DNA of 64,000 bases from Aquisalinus sp. (GCA_022763115.1 JALEGJ010000047.1:17979-81978), one strand, 5' to 3'; counted from the first letter of the stretch, positions 39,381 through 48,657 are shown. Notes: generated by a model not told the origin, from the letters alone. Numbers and translations are program-made.

Positions 39381-40955
39381 ATGATACGGCTCCTTATCTA
39401 TCTTCTTGTGATCACAGGCCTGGCAGCCTTGTTCACCATGTTGCTCAGCATTGATGGCGCTCTTGAAGCTGATGTGCGCGGCTATAACGTCTATGTTGAA
39501 GTCGGCGTCTTGCTGATCCTCATACTGATGGCCTTTCTGGCTTTTGGAGGACTGGTCTGGCTTATAAGCTACCTTATGCGCCTGCCAGGCAAGCTGACGG
39601 CACGTCGACTGGAAGGTAGGCGCCAGCGGGGTATGCTGGCGCTAACGCGAGGGCTTGAAGCTGTGGCTGCCGGTGATCCGGAAGATGCCCAGCGCCACGC
39701 GCGTAACGCGCAGAAGCAACTGGACGAGCCTGCCTTAACACGCTTGTTAACGGCACAGGCTGCTCAACTCGCGGGAGATGATGAGACAGCAGAAGAGAGC
39801 TTCGCTGCGATGCTGGATGCTCCGGAAACCGAGTTTCTTGGGTTGCGTGGTTTATATCTGCAGGCTCTATCTTCTGGTGATAGTAAAAGCGCGAAAGAGT
39901 ATGCAGATCGTGCTTTTAAGCTGCGACCCAATGCGCGGTGGGCATTTGAGTCCGTGTATCAATTGAGCATCGAGCGCGGTGGCTGGGGCGAAGCACATAG
40001 TGCCCTGAAACTCGCCTCCAAAAATGGCCTTGCAGAAGGAGAGCATGTTCGCCGTAAAGAAGCCGCACTGCTGACAGCCAGAGCATACGCATCTCATGAC
40101 AGCGGTAATACTGAAGAGGCATTGAAAGATCTCAAGGCAGCCCTGAAACAGGCGTCAGGCTTTTCTCCCGCCGCCGCGCTTGCTGCGAGCCTTGAAGGAG
40201 AGAAGGGTAACACAAGCCGCGCAGCGCGCATTATTGAGGATGCCTGGTCGGTGAACCCTCATCCCGCCCTCGTCAAGGCTTTTGAAAATCTTTACAAAGA
40301 TGAAAGTCTGGCTAAGAGAGCCGATCGCATTATCCGCCTGGCCGAGAAAGCACCTGAGCGAGATGAAAGTCGCCTTCTCATGGCCCAGCAGCATATCCTT
40401 AAAGAAGAGTGGGAAACTGCCAAGGACATGCTTGAACCATTGCTCAAGCGGAATCCAAATGCGCGTACTTTTACGGCTATGGCTGAGACTATCAGGGGAC
40501 TGTATGGCGAAGTTCAGGCGCGGCCATGGTTTGCAAAAGCTGCAGCTGCCCCGCTTGAGCCTGTGCCTGGTGTAGACGGAGAGTTTCATTTTACGACCGA
40601 TGGATGGCGTCGGTTGGTTGTTGAGTATGGAGAACATGATCGCCTTGCGCCACCACCACTTGAATCCGTATCCGGCGCCCTCAGTACAGATGAGATAAAA
40701 TTACTCACTGCGCCACCACCGGAACCAGAGCCGCAGCCAGAACCAGAAATGGAACTCGAGGTTGAGGAAGATACCAAAATTGACCTGGCTGAAAGCGATA
40801 CAGGATCTGACCCTAAGGGTGATGATGTGGAAGCCGCACCACCCGCAGATGAAAAGGCAGAGCCGGAGGTTCAGGCGGAAGACAAATCAGGAGAGTCCAA
40901 ATCCAAGAAAGACACACCACCGCCCGATGCTGTTGTTACGGGTTTGCCTGAGTAA
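39381..40955 (+). CDS. HemY N-terminal domain / TPR membrane protein
   Basis: Two N-terminal TM helices, ARRLEGRRQRG, and TPR-like repeats. The acidic tail is Pro/Glu-rich (PPPEPEPQPEPEMELEVEED). Confidence 0.85.
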   Translation: MIRLLIYLLVITGLAALFTMLLSIDGALEADVRGYNVYVEVGVLLILILMAFLAFGGLVWLISYLMRLPGKLTARRLEGRRQRGMLALTRGLEAVAAGDPEDAQRHARNAQKQLDEPALTRLLTAQAAQLAGDDETAEESFAAMLDAPETEFLGLRGLYLQALSSGDSKSAKEYADRAFKLRPNARWAFESVYQLSIERGGWGEAHSALKLASKNGLAEGEHVRRKEAALLTARAYASHDSGNTEEALKDLKAALKQASGFSPAAALAASLEGEKGNTSRAARIIEDAWSVNPHPALVKAFENLYKDESLAKRADRIIRLAEKAPERDESRLLMAQQHILKEEWETAKDMLEPLLKRNPNARTFTAMAETIRGLYGEVQARPWFAKAAAAPLEPVPGVDGEFHFTTDGWRRLVVEYGEHDRLAPPPLESVSGALSTDEIKLLTAPPPEPEPQPEPEMELEVEEDTKIDLAESDTGSDPKGDDVEAAPPADEKAEPEVQAEDKSGESKSKKDTPPPDAVVTGLPE

Positions 40956-41730
40956 CTGGTTTTTGTTCAATCAGCTCGATTTCAAACAATTTTGGCCAGC
41001 GCTTACCCGTTACAAATAATCGGTCAGTGTCTGAATCATAAGCAATGCCATTCAGGACATCTGTATATCCATCAACATAATCTTCTTCCGGCAGAATGCC
41101 TGTCAGGTTGATAACGCCTGTAACGGCTCCTGTGTCAGGATTGATGCGCGCGATGAGGTCGGTCAGATATATATTCGCGAATATTTCGCCGTTTACCCAC
41201 TCCAGTTCGTTCAGGGCGCGTAATGGCTTGTCGTTATAGGTAACCGTGATGCGGTCTTTTTCTTTCAGGGTCTCCGGATCAAGCAGCCTGATTTCTGCCG
41301 TGCCGTCGCTCATAAAAATAGTATCATCATTTCTGGTAAGTCCCCAGCCTTCACCGGTGTAGGCAAATGTATCCCGTACTGAAAAGTCCTGAAGGCCGAA
41401 TACAAATCCCATCCGGCTTTGCCACGTCAAACCTATGAGCTGGTCCCGCCATTCGACGATGCCTTCTCCAAAGAAACGGTCTGGCAGCTTCTCAATTCGC
41501 AAGACATTGCCAGTCTCGAGATCTACCTTGCGGACGGAAGATTCCCCTCTGATGCCGGTGCTTTCATAAAGGTGCCCATCCAGATAGAGCAGTCCTTGAG
41601 TGAAAGCGCCGGTGTCGTGGGGGTATGTATTGACAATCTTGTAGCCATAAACTGGCACATCGGCATTTGCCTGGCTGCAGCCACTGTTAATGACAAGCAG
41701 CAGTAAGAATAGTGGCAGATGTAATTTCAT
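40936..41730 (-). CDS. Glutaminyl-peptide cyclotransferase (beta-propeller type), lipoprotein
   Basis: Lipobox INSGCS. YGYKIVNTYPHDTGAFTQGLLYLDGHLYESTG is typical of bacterial/plant-type glutamine cyclotransferase. Confidence 0.85.
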   Translation of the reverse strand: MKLHLPLFLLLLVINSGCSQANADVPVYGYKIVNTYPHDTGAFTQGLLYLDGHLYESTGIRGESSVRKVDLETGNVLRIEKLPDRFFGEGIVEWRDQLIGLTWQSRMGFVFGLQDFSVRDTFAYTGEGWGLTRNDDTIFMSDGTAEIRLLDPETLKEKDRITVTYNDKPLRALNELEWVNGEIFANIYLTDLIARINPDTGAVTGVINLTGILPEEDYVDGYTDVLNGIAYDSDTDRLFVTGKRWPKLFEIELIEQKPVTQANP

Positions 41731-41796
41731 TATCAGCGCCTGTAGAAAACGTCTGCAGTATCCCGCAAAATTATGACTTCGCCAATGCCTGACAGG

Positions 41797-42072
41797 CTAA
41801 TCCAGCTTGATGTATGATTTATCTTCCCGGGCGTAGGCTTTACCCTGTCGCTCCTTGTAGTCCGGCGCTTCTTGATCAGGTCGTTCGAGATTGACCTTGG
41901 ATGTGACGGTTTCAGCTTCTGTTTTTTCGTCGGTTTCTACTTCATCGGCATCGCCAATGTTCAATCCGAGTAAGCCAAAAGTGCCTTCATCACCCTGCTC
42001 AAGGTTGCGGATATACCAGTATGCCAGAAAGCTGAAGCTTGCCAGCATGATCAAGAAAGCTATGCCACTCAT
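41797..42072 (-). CDS. Hypothetical small membrane-anchored acidic protein
   Basis: N-terminal TM IAFLIMLASFSFLAYWY and an acidic tail. No family recognised. Confidence 0.45.
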   Translation of the reverse strand: MSGIAFLIMLASFSFLAYWYIRNLEQGDEGTFGLLGLNIGDADEVETDEKTEAETVTSKVNLERPDQEAPDYKERQGKAYAREDKSYIKLD

Positions 42073-42162
42073 GCGCCTCTCCGTTAGGGCGAAAAATCTG
42101 CGCGTGAAGCGTACTTAATCACGGTTAACCAAATCTCATAATCTGTCTGCTTTTTTGGATTA

Positions 42163-43788
42163 ATGAGTGTCTGGTCGCATAGAAGCCGCCTATGGAATAT
42201 CCGGGCGGGTGCAATACTGCTGTTATGCGGCGGTCTGGTTTCGGGTTATGTTTTTGTCGCTACGGCAGTCAGCGTAATTTTCCCTGCATTTGTGCTGCTG
42301 GCGATCATGTCGGCGCTGCCATTGATGATGCTGGCAGCACCAGAAATGAAGCCGGTCCCGCCCAAATTTACACGCCGGTTAGTTTATATTGGGGCAGCAA
42401 TTATGCCGTTGTGGCCGGTCTACCTGCATATCAAGTTCGGGCCGCTGCCAATTATCACGCCAACGCGTGTCATATTTTATGGTCTCATCGTTATCTGGCT
42501 ATACGAAATGGCTTGTGTGCCGCGCCGGCGCTTGCAGTTCATATCAGCGATGCGACGCATGTGGCCGTTATTCCTGATAATTGCCCTGCTCTTTATGCAG
42601 AAGTTTATTTCTGTACCGTTCGCCATGGGCAAGGGTATCGCAGCCAAGGAGTTTTTCCGGCAGACAATGATCTGGTTTCTGCCATTTCTTGCCGTCATGA
42701 CATATGTCAGTCGTCGACATGTGTTTGACCGGTCGCTTACGCTGATTATTTTTTCGAGCACATTTGTTGCCATCATTGCACTGGCTGAATTCGCAACACG
42801 CACTCATTTTGCAGAGTTGATTGCGCCACTCATGGGCGACCTTGAATGGTTGCGACAGGTATTGCAGGACAAGATCAGAGACGGCGTATTCCGCTCTCAG
42901 GCGACACATACGCACCCCCTGTCACTGGGAGAGCATCTGGCGATGGTTATCCCGTTTGTAATGTACAAGATCTATCGAGGGGGCAAGCTCAGTAAACGGT
43001 TTATTTATACTGCAATTTTGTTCACTTTAATATTTGCGGTGCTCATGTCCAACTCCAGAGGTGCCATCATCGGGTGCGTACTGGCCGTCAGTGCAACATT
43101 TTTTCTCATGTTGCTGACATGGTTGCGCAAGCCGGAAAGCCTGTCGTTTCGCCCTATGGCTGGTATGGCGATTGCGTTGGCGCTAGTGGCATCGCCTGTG
43201 GCGTTGATGTCTGGATATAAAATAGTTGTTGGTTCAGAGGGCAGTACGGCCTCGGCCTCATCACAAGCGCGTATCGCGCAAATGGAAACTGCCTGGCCCA
43301 AAATTCTCAAGCGTCCAGTTTTCGGGTACGGCAATGGACGCGCGGCACGGGTGCTGGGTTTTTATGGCGGGCGGCTTACCATCGATAATTATTATCTGAA
43401 CCTGGTGCTTGAACTTGGGTTACCAGGGCCGGTCCTGTTCTTTGGCTCTTTCGCCCTCATGGGCATTTATGGATGGCGATGGGGCACAGCACTTGGCGAT
43501 GACCCTTATGCCGGACTGTATATCGCTGTTGCTGGTATGGCGATTTCATTTGCTGTTACGCGATCTATTCTCTCGATAACAACCAATATAGAGTTGTTCA
43601 TGTTGATCGCTGCGATGGTCATCGGCAGCAGCGCGCGTTCGCGATATCTCGTCAGTCAGGCAAAGTTGGCAGAGCGCCCCCTCGCCTCGTCCGCAGCTTT
43701 TGCGTATGAGGTATCAGAATCGCAGTTGGAGCAGCACCGAGACCGTGTCTTGGGTGGTAAGTCTTTCTGGACGCCAGCGGTCAGATAG
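42163..43788 (+). CDS. O-antigen ligase (Wzy_C) family membrane protein
   Basis: Polytopic protein. The motif region HTHPLSLGEHLAM...SNSRGAIIGCVLAV and the large loop are typical of the O-antigen ligase/polymerase family. Confidence 0.8.
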   Translation: MSVWSHRSRLWNIRAGAILLLCGGLVSGYVFVATAVSVIFPAFVLLAIMSALPLMMLAAPEMKPVPPKFTRRLVYIGAAIMPLWPVYLHIKFGPLPIITPTRVIFYGLIVIWLYEMACVPRRRLQFISAMRRMWPLFLIIALLFMQKFISVPFAMGKGIAAKEFFRQTMIWFLPFLAVMTYVSRRHVFDRSLTLIIFSSTFVAIIALAEFATRTHFAELIAPLMGDLEWLRQVLQDKIRDGVFRSQATHTHPLSLGEHLAMVIPFVMYKIYRGGKLSKRFIYTAILFTLIFAVLMSNSRGAIIGCVLAVSATFFLMLLTWLRKPESLSFRPMAGMAIALALVASPVALMSGYKIVVGSEGSTASASSQARIAQMETAWPKILKRPVFGYGNGRAARVLGFYGGRLTIDNYYLNLVLELGLPGPVLFFGSFALMGIYGWRWGTALGDDPYAGLYIAVAGMAISFAVTRSILSITTNIELFMLIAAMVIGSSARSRYLVSQAKLAERPLASSAAFAYEVSESQLEQHRDRVLGGKSFWTPAVR

Positions 43789-43821
43789 AATAGCCCTGAA
43801 ATATCAAACAGGAGATCATAG

Positions 43822-44625
43822 ATGGATTACCGTGGCAAATGGGCGCTGGTAACCGGTGCGTCCGCAGGCATTGGACAGGAATTCGTAAGGCAGCTGGCAG
43901 AAAGCGGCGCGAATGTCGTTATGGTGGCAAGGCGTGAAGACCGCCTGAAGGAATTAAGCGCGCTTCTGGATAGCCACGGGACCAAAACGATACCGCTTGC
44001 GGCGGACTTGTCAGACCCCGATGCGCCAGAGTCGATTGTCGCGTTTCTGGAGGAGCAAGGCATTAACATTGATATTCTCATCAATAATGCAGGTTTTGGA
44101 TTGCCTGGAAAATACATCAGTACCTCATGGGCTGAGCAGGAAAAGTATCTTCAATTGATGGTTAGCGCTTATGCGGAGCTGACCCACCGTTTGTTGGAAA
44201 GGATGCAGGCCCGGGGTTACGGCCGGGTTATTAATGTGGCTTCTGTTGCCGGCCTCGTGCCGCCAGCAGCGGGGCACACGCTTTATGGGCCTTCCAAGTC
44301 ATTTCTTGTCAGCTTTTCACAAGCACTGGCTGCCGAGTATAATGATACTGATATTAATGTGTCTGCGTTGTGCCCTGGCTTTACCTACACAGAATTCCAC
44401 GATGTGAATAATACCCGTGAACAGCTCAACAAAATGCCCGATTTCATGATGATGCAGGTGGGTGAAACTGTGAGCGGTGCCTTGAAGGCGGTGGAAAAGG
44501 CACACACAGTCTATGTACCAGGATTACAGTACAAGTTTCTGGTGTGGCTGACAGGAATCCTGCCACGGGCCTGGGCAGAGCGGATAGTGCGAAGGTCAGG
44601 TAAGAATTATCGCGACTCGCAATAA
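43822..44625 (+). CDS. SDR family oxidoreductase
   Basis: TGASAGIG cofactor motif, NNAG, and YGPSK catalytic Tyr/Lys. Confidence 0.92.
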   Translation: MDYRGKWALVTGASAGIGQEFVRQLAESGANVVMVARREDRLKELSALLDSHGTKTIPLAADLSDPDAPESIVAFLEEQGINIDILINNAGFGLPGKYISTSWAEQEKYLQLMVSAYAELTHRLLERMQARGYGRVINVASVAGLVPPAAGHTLYGPSKSFLVSFSQALAAEYNDTDINVSALCPGFTYTEFHDVNNTREQLNKMPDFMMMQVGETVSGALKAVEKAHTVYVPGLQYKFLVWLTGILPRAWAERIVRRSGKNYRDSQ

Positions 44626-44667
44626 TTTTATCTGCACACAAATAAGGTAAAGATTTTGAAAGGCTTG

Positions 44668-44690
44668 GCAGGACGCCGGATTGCGCCTGC
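44668..44690. terminator. Hairpin between SDR gene and the small minus-strand gene (GCAGGaCGC-CGGATT-GCGCCTGC)
   Basis: An 8-bp stem with one bulge. The T-tracts are weak on both strands. Confidence 0.35.
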
Positions 44691-44720
44691 GAGTTCCTCT
44701 CTTTGTCAGCGTGTATATGT

Positions 44721-44945
44721 CTATGAAAACCAGCTGACTATCGTTTGTAACAATTCTACAATATCAGCGGTCTCGCTGAGTACCTTCAATATCGGATAAA
44801 CTGCTACAACACTTACTATTGGCCATTTTGCGTAATGCCTGATTTGCTCAAACCTCGTCGGTTCTCTGATCTCAAACTCACGCCTTTTTCTAAGAATTTT
44901 TTCTAAATCTACCGGGAATTCTTCTGGTGGTATAAACCCGTCCAT
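44721..44945 (-). CDS. Hypothetical 74-aa protein with one TM helix
   Basis: GAGGAG Shine-Dalgarno 6 nt before the ATG. Sequence MDGFIPPEEF...WPIVSVVAVYPILKVL... lies in an AT-rich segment. No family recognised. Confidence 0.55.
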   Translation of the reverse strand: MDGFIPPEEFPVDLEKILRKRREFEIREPTRFEQIRHYAKWPIVSVVAVYPILKVLSETADIVELLQTIVSWFS

Positions 44946-44960
44946 TTTTCTCTCCTCTAG

Positions 44961-45020
44961 CTAGCTTGTGTTCATAAAAGCCCGTCCTTCGGTTGCGGGG
45001 TCATCATTGTGATTGACCAT
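44961..45020 (-). CDS. 19-codon upstream ORF (MVNHNDDPATEGRAFMNTS)
   Basis: AAGGAGG Shine-Dalgarno 5 nt before the minus-strand ATG at 45020. The stop lies 13 nt before the next gene's ATG. It is below the ORF-track length cut-off and was found by reading the sequence. Confidence 0.35.
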   Translation of the reverse strand: MVNHNDDPATEGRAFMNTS

Positions 45021-45118
45021 TTCGGCCTCCTTTCTTTGGCGAGTGCAATTTGCTGTGAGATTACGAAAGAGTCAAATAGTATTACTTTTACATACTGCAT
45101 AAAGTTATGTATGACTTA

Positions 45119-45136
45119 GTATGCAATAAAGCATAC
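45119..45136. promoter_or_regulatory. Palindrome GTATGC-AATAAA-GCATAC abutting a -35 element; related CATAC-N13-GTATG at 45091-45113
   Basis: Read directly from the sequence. It lies between the divergent small genes and is operator-like. Confidence 0.45.
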
Positions 45137-45140
45137 ACTA

Positions 45141-45169
45141 TTGACAGGATCGAATCGTGTGTGTAGTGT
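45141..45169 (+). promoter_or_regulatory. Sigma70-like promoter for the 45256 gene (TTGACA-17 nt-TAGTGT)
   Basis: Consensus -35, a 17-nt spacer and a partial -10. It lies about 87 nt upstream of the GTG start. Confidence 0.4.
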
Positions 45170-45255
45170 TCAAAATTCCACTGGGCTTCAGATCTCGCTG
45201 CGCAGACGCAGATGAGGCAAAATCGCCCTTTTCGCGGTTCCGATAGGAGAAAATT

Positions 45256-45624
45256 GTGTTCGCAAGTGAGAAAGAGCTAGCCGATGTCGCGCCATCCGCT
45301 GACTGGCCAAATGTTCAAGATGCACCAGGTAAAAAGCCTCCAGCGCAAACCTCTAAAGATACCGCCGGGCAAGATGCAGAAAAGAAGCCCTCGCACCGCC
45401 AAAAGCGTATGAGTTTTCTATTCGGGGCCGACTCGATTGGCCGACTTGAGGACGTTAAAGAGCTGACGTCAGCAGCGACATATTCCGAAGTTCTTCGCAA
45501 CGCCCTTCTGCTGTATGAAGATTACGTCAAATCCCCTCAGGAAGGGTTTGAGTATTACAAACGCCGGGTTGATATGGATAACCGTGCAGTGCTCATGCCG
45601 ATGACCGGTAAGGCAAGTAGATAG
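45256..45624 (+). CDS. Hypothetical protein with ribbon-helix-helix-like core and a disordered Lys/Pro/Asp-rich N-terminus
   Basis: GTG start behind AGGAGA. KRMSFLFGADSIGRLEDVKELTSAATYSEVLRNALLLYEDYV fits a strand-helix-helix (CopG/Arc-like) pattern, assigned by eye. Confidence 0.55.
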   Translation: MFASEKELADVAPSADWPNVQDAPGKKPPAQTSKDTAGQDAEKKPSHRQKRMSFLFGADSIGRLEDVKELTSAATYSEVLRNALLLYEDYVKSPQEGFEYYKRRVDMDNRAVLMPMTGKASR

Positions 45625-45638
45625 TCCTTTGGAAGTTT

Positions 45639-47942
45639 CTAACGGTTGCGGGCCCAGTCCCGGTGTTCCTGGTCGAGCTCATATGCTGCCAGGGCAGCCA
45701 GCGTGACAACATCTCCGGCTTTGGCCGCAGTCTGCACAATCTGGACAGGTTTCTCAAGACCAATCAGTACAGGCCCTATCACAACCGCGCCGCCTATTTC
45801 CGACATCAATTTCGTGGCAACTGCTCCCGAGTGAATGCCGGGTGCAATAAGTACGTTCGCTGATCCAGTAAGTCTGGAGAATGGGTAGATGCGACGATTT
45901 TCCTCGTTCAGGGCCATGCGTGGCGTCATTTCCCCTTCATATTCAAAGTCACAATCCCCACGACGATCCAGAATGCGCACTGCCTCTGCAACACGTTCGG
46001 AATGTTCCGATTGCGGATTACCGAAATTAGAGTAGGACAGGAAGGCAACCTTTGGCGTAAATCCAAGGCTGCGCACAGCATGGGCTGCCTGTACGGCAAT
46101 ATCTGCCAGGCGTTGGGAATTGGAAATCTGTGTCGATGTTGTGTCTGCCATAAAAATGGCTCTGCCTTTTGCAAGGATGGCGGACAGCCCGATTACCCGC
46201 TCGCCGGGACGCGGATCCAGTACAAGCCTGACATTGTCCATCACTACATTGTAGTGCCGGGTTACACCTGTGACCAGGCCGTCGGCATGATCCATGGCGA
46301 GCATGCAGGCGCTGAAAACGTTCCGGTCGTTGTTAACAAGACGCTGACAATCCCTATACAGATAGCCTTGTCGCTGCAGTCGTTCATAAACATAATCTGT
46401 GTATTTCGGGGTGTTGGCAGAAGCGCGTGCATTCCAGATTTCCATGTTATGGCTTTGTGGGAGGCCAAGGCGCTGCATGGAGCGCTGGACCTGATCGTCC
46501 CGTCCGATCAGGATCGCCTGCCCAAGGTCCTGTTGCTGAAAAGCGTATGCTGAACGGATGACTGTTTCATCCTCTCCTTCAACAAAGACAATGCGCTTCT
46601 TGTCATTGCTGCGAACAGTAGAATAGATCTTCTGCAAGAACGATGCAGACGGATCAAGCCGCGTTTGCAGTTTTGCTTCGTATGAGGCCATGTCTTCAAT
46701 CGGCTTGCGCGCTACACCCGTATCCATCGCCGCTTGTGCGACTGCCGGCGGAATACGACTGACGAGCCGTGGGTCAAACGGGGTCGGAATAATATAATCG
46801 CGCCCAAATTGCAGACGTTTGCCATAAGCAGCGGCGACTTCATCAGGAACGTCCTCTTGCGCAAGCCGCGCGAGCGCTTCCGCGCAGGCAACTTTCATTT
46901 CATCGTTGATGGTTGTCGCGCGCACATCAAGAGCGCCTCTAAAAATATAGGGGAAGCCAAGTACATTATTGACCTGATTGGGATAGTCGGAACGCCCCGT
47001 TGCCATGATAGCGTCATCGCGAATTTCATGCACTTCCTCTGGCAGAATTTCCGGGATGGGGTTGGCCATTGCAAAAATAATCGGGTCTCTGGCCATGGAT
47101 TTCACCATGTCAGCCGTAATCGCCCCTGCCGCCGAGAGGCCCAGGACGACATCCGCGCCGTCTATTGCTTCTGCCAGCGTGCGCTTGTCTGTTTCAACGG
47201 CATGGGCTGAGCGCCATTGATCCATCCCTTCTTCTCTACCCTGATAGATCACACCTTGTCGGTCGCAGATGAGTGCATTTTCATGAGGCAGACCCATGGC
47301 CTTGATCAGGCTGATGACAGAGAGTGCTGCTGAACCTGCACCGGAAACAGCGACGCGAATATCTTTCATGCTCTTGCCAGTGATCTCCAGTGCATTCAGC
47401 AGGCCAGCAGCTGAGATGATGGCAGTCCCGTGCTGATCATCATGGAAAACCGGGATGTCCATGATATCTTTCAAAGTCTGCTCAATGACAAAACTGTCAG
47501 GCGCCTTGATGTCCTCCAGGTTGATACCGCCAAAGGCAGGGCCAAGATATTTCACGCAGTTGATAAAGGCTTCCGGGTCGCTTGTGTCGACTTCAAGATC
47601 GATGGAGTCGATGTCGGCGAAACGCTTGAACAGAACAGACTTGCCTTCCATGACAGGTTTGGAGGCAAGTGCGCCGAGATCCCCCAAGCCGAGAATGGCA
47701 GTGCCATTAGATATGACGGCCACCATGTTGCCCTTGGAGGTGTAATCATAGGCAAGGTTGGGATCTTCAGCGATGGCTTTCACAGGTGCGGCAACGCCTG
47801 GTGAATAAGCCAGAGACAGGTCCCGTTGCGTCGCCATTGGCTTCGTCGGGGTGACTTCCAGTTTGCCGGGCTTGCCCCGCTCATGGAATGATAATGCTTC
47901 CTGATCAGAAACCTTGGTATTGTTGTCAGAGGAAGTGGCCAT
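45639..47942 (-). CDS. maeB: NADP-dependent malic enzyme (malic enzyme + phosphotransacetylase-like domain)
   Basis: LSLAYSPGVA, GLGDLG and VSGAGSAA NAD(P) motifs, with a C-terminal PTA-like domain. The start is trimmed to MATSSDNN (47942). Confidence 0.95.
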   Translation of the reverse strand: MATSSDNNTKVSDQEALSFHERGKPGKLEVTPTKPMATQRDLSLAYSPGVAAPVKAIAEDPNLAYDYTSKGNMVAVISNGTAILGLGDLGALASKPVMEGKSVLFKRFADIDSIDLEVDTSDPEAFINCVKYLGPAFGGINLEDIKAPDSFVIEQTLKDIMDIPVFHDDQHGTAIISAAGLLNALEITGKSMKDIRVAVSGAGSAALSVISLIKAMGLPHENALICDRQGVIYQGREEGMDQWRSAHAVETDKRTLAEAIDGADVVLGLSAAGAITADMVKSMARDPIIFAMANPIPEILPEEVHEIRDDAIMATGRSDYPNQVNNVLGFPYIFRGALDVRATTINDEMKVACAEALARLAQEDVPDEVAAAYGKRLQFGRDYIIPTPFDPRLVSRIPPAVAQAAMDTGVARKPIEDMASYEAKLQTRLDPSASFLQKIYSTVRSNDKKRIVFVEGEDETVIRSAYAFQQQDLGQAILIGRDDQVQRSMQRLGLPQSHNMEIWNARASANTPKYTDYVYERLQRQGYLYRDCQRLVNNDRNVFSACMLAMDHADGLVTGVTRHYNVVMDNVRLVLDPRPGERVIGLSAILAKGRAIFMADTTSTQISNSQRLADIAVQAAHAVRSLGFTPKVAFLSYSNFGNPQSEHSERVAEAVRILDRRGDCDFEYEGEMTPRMALNEENRRIYPFSRLTGSANVLIAPGIHSGAVATKLMSEIGGAVVIGPVLIGLEKPVQIVQTAAKAGDVVTLAALAAYELDQEHRDWARNR

Positions 47943-48072
47943 TGTCCGGGTCTCTCTCTTTATTTTGGCACCAAAGCCTTTGAAGCTGATTGTCTGGTGG
48001 CTCGCAAGGGGAATGGTTGTATTTGATGGCCGGGCCAGCCATATCTTGAAAAAACGTGAAGAGATAGATGGC

Positions 48073-48657
48073 ATGTTCATTCAAACAGAAGACACACCTA
48101 ACCCACAATCCATGAAATTCCTGCCCGGTCAATCGGTACTTGGCGCTGGCAAAATGGGAATGGATTTCCCAACTATCGAGAGTTCGTCCGGCTCTCCCCT
48201 GGCGCAAGCCCTGTTCGACGTTGATGGGGTAACAGGCATATTTCTCGGGAGCGATTTTGTTACCGTAACGAAAGACGAAACGACTGAATGGCATCATATC
48301 AAACCAGCTATTCTTGGTGCGATCGCCGATTATCTGACAGCAGGTCTGCCTGTACTGGCTGAGGGGGCATCGCCCGAGGATCTCACAACAGGCTCGCTGG
48401 AGGATTATGAAGGAGAGGATCGCGAAATCGTTGAGCAGATTATCGACCTTCTCGATACGCGTGTGCGGCCAGCTGTGGCGCAAGATGGTGGAGATATAAT
48501 CTTTCACAAGTACATTCCGGGTGATGGAATCGTGTTTCTGACCATGCGCGGGGCTTGTGCCGGGTGCCCTTCATCCACCCTGACGCTGAAGTCAGGCATT
48601 GAGAATTTGCTCAAGCATTATGTGCCCGAAGTGACTTCTGTTGAGGCCGTGATGTAA
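48073..48657 (+). CDS. NifU/Nfu family Fe-S cluster assembly protein
   Basis: MFIQTEDTPNPQSMKFLPG (Nfu_N) and the C-terminal MRGACAGCPSS CxxC motif. Confidence 0.92.
   Translation: MFIQTEDTPNPQSMKFLPGQSVLGAGKMGMDFPTIESSSGSPLAQALFDVDGVTGIFLGSDFVTVTKDETTEWHHIKPAILGAIADYLTAGLPVLAEGASPEDLTTGSLEDYEGEDREIVEQIIDLLDTRVRPAVAQDGGDIIFHKYIPGDGIVFLTMRGACAGCPSSTLTLKSGIENLLKHYVPEVTSVEAVM

Noticed and set aside
42115-42129. TTAATCACGGTTAAC upstream of the O-antigen-ligase-like gene as a full CtrA box.
   Set aside because: The spacing is TTAA-N6-TTAA, not the canonical N7, so only the TTAACCA half-site is noted.
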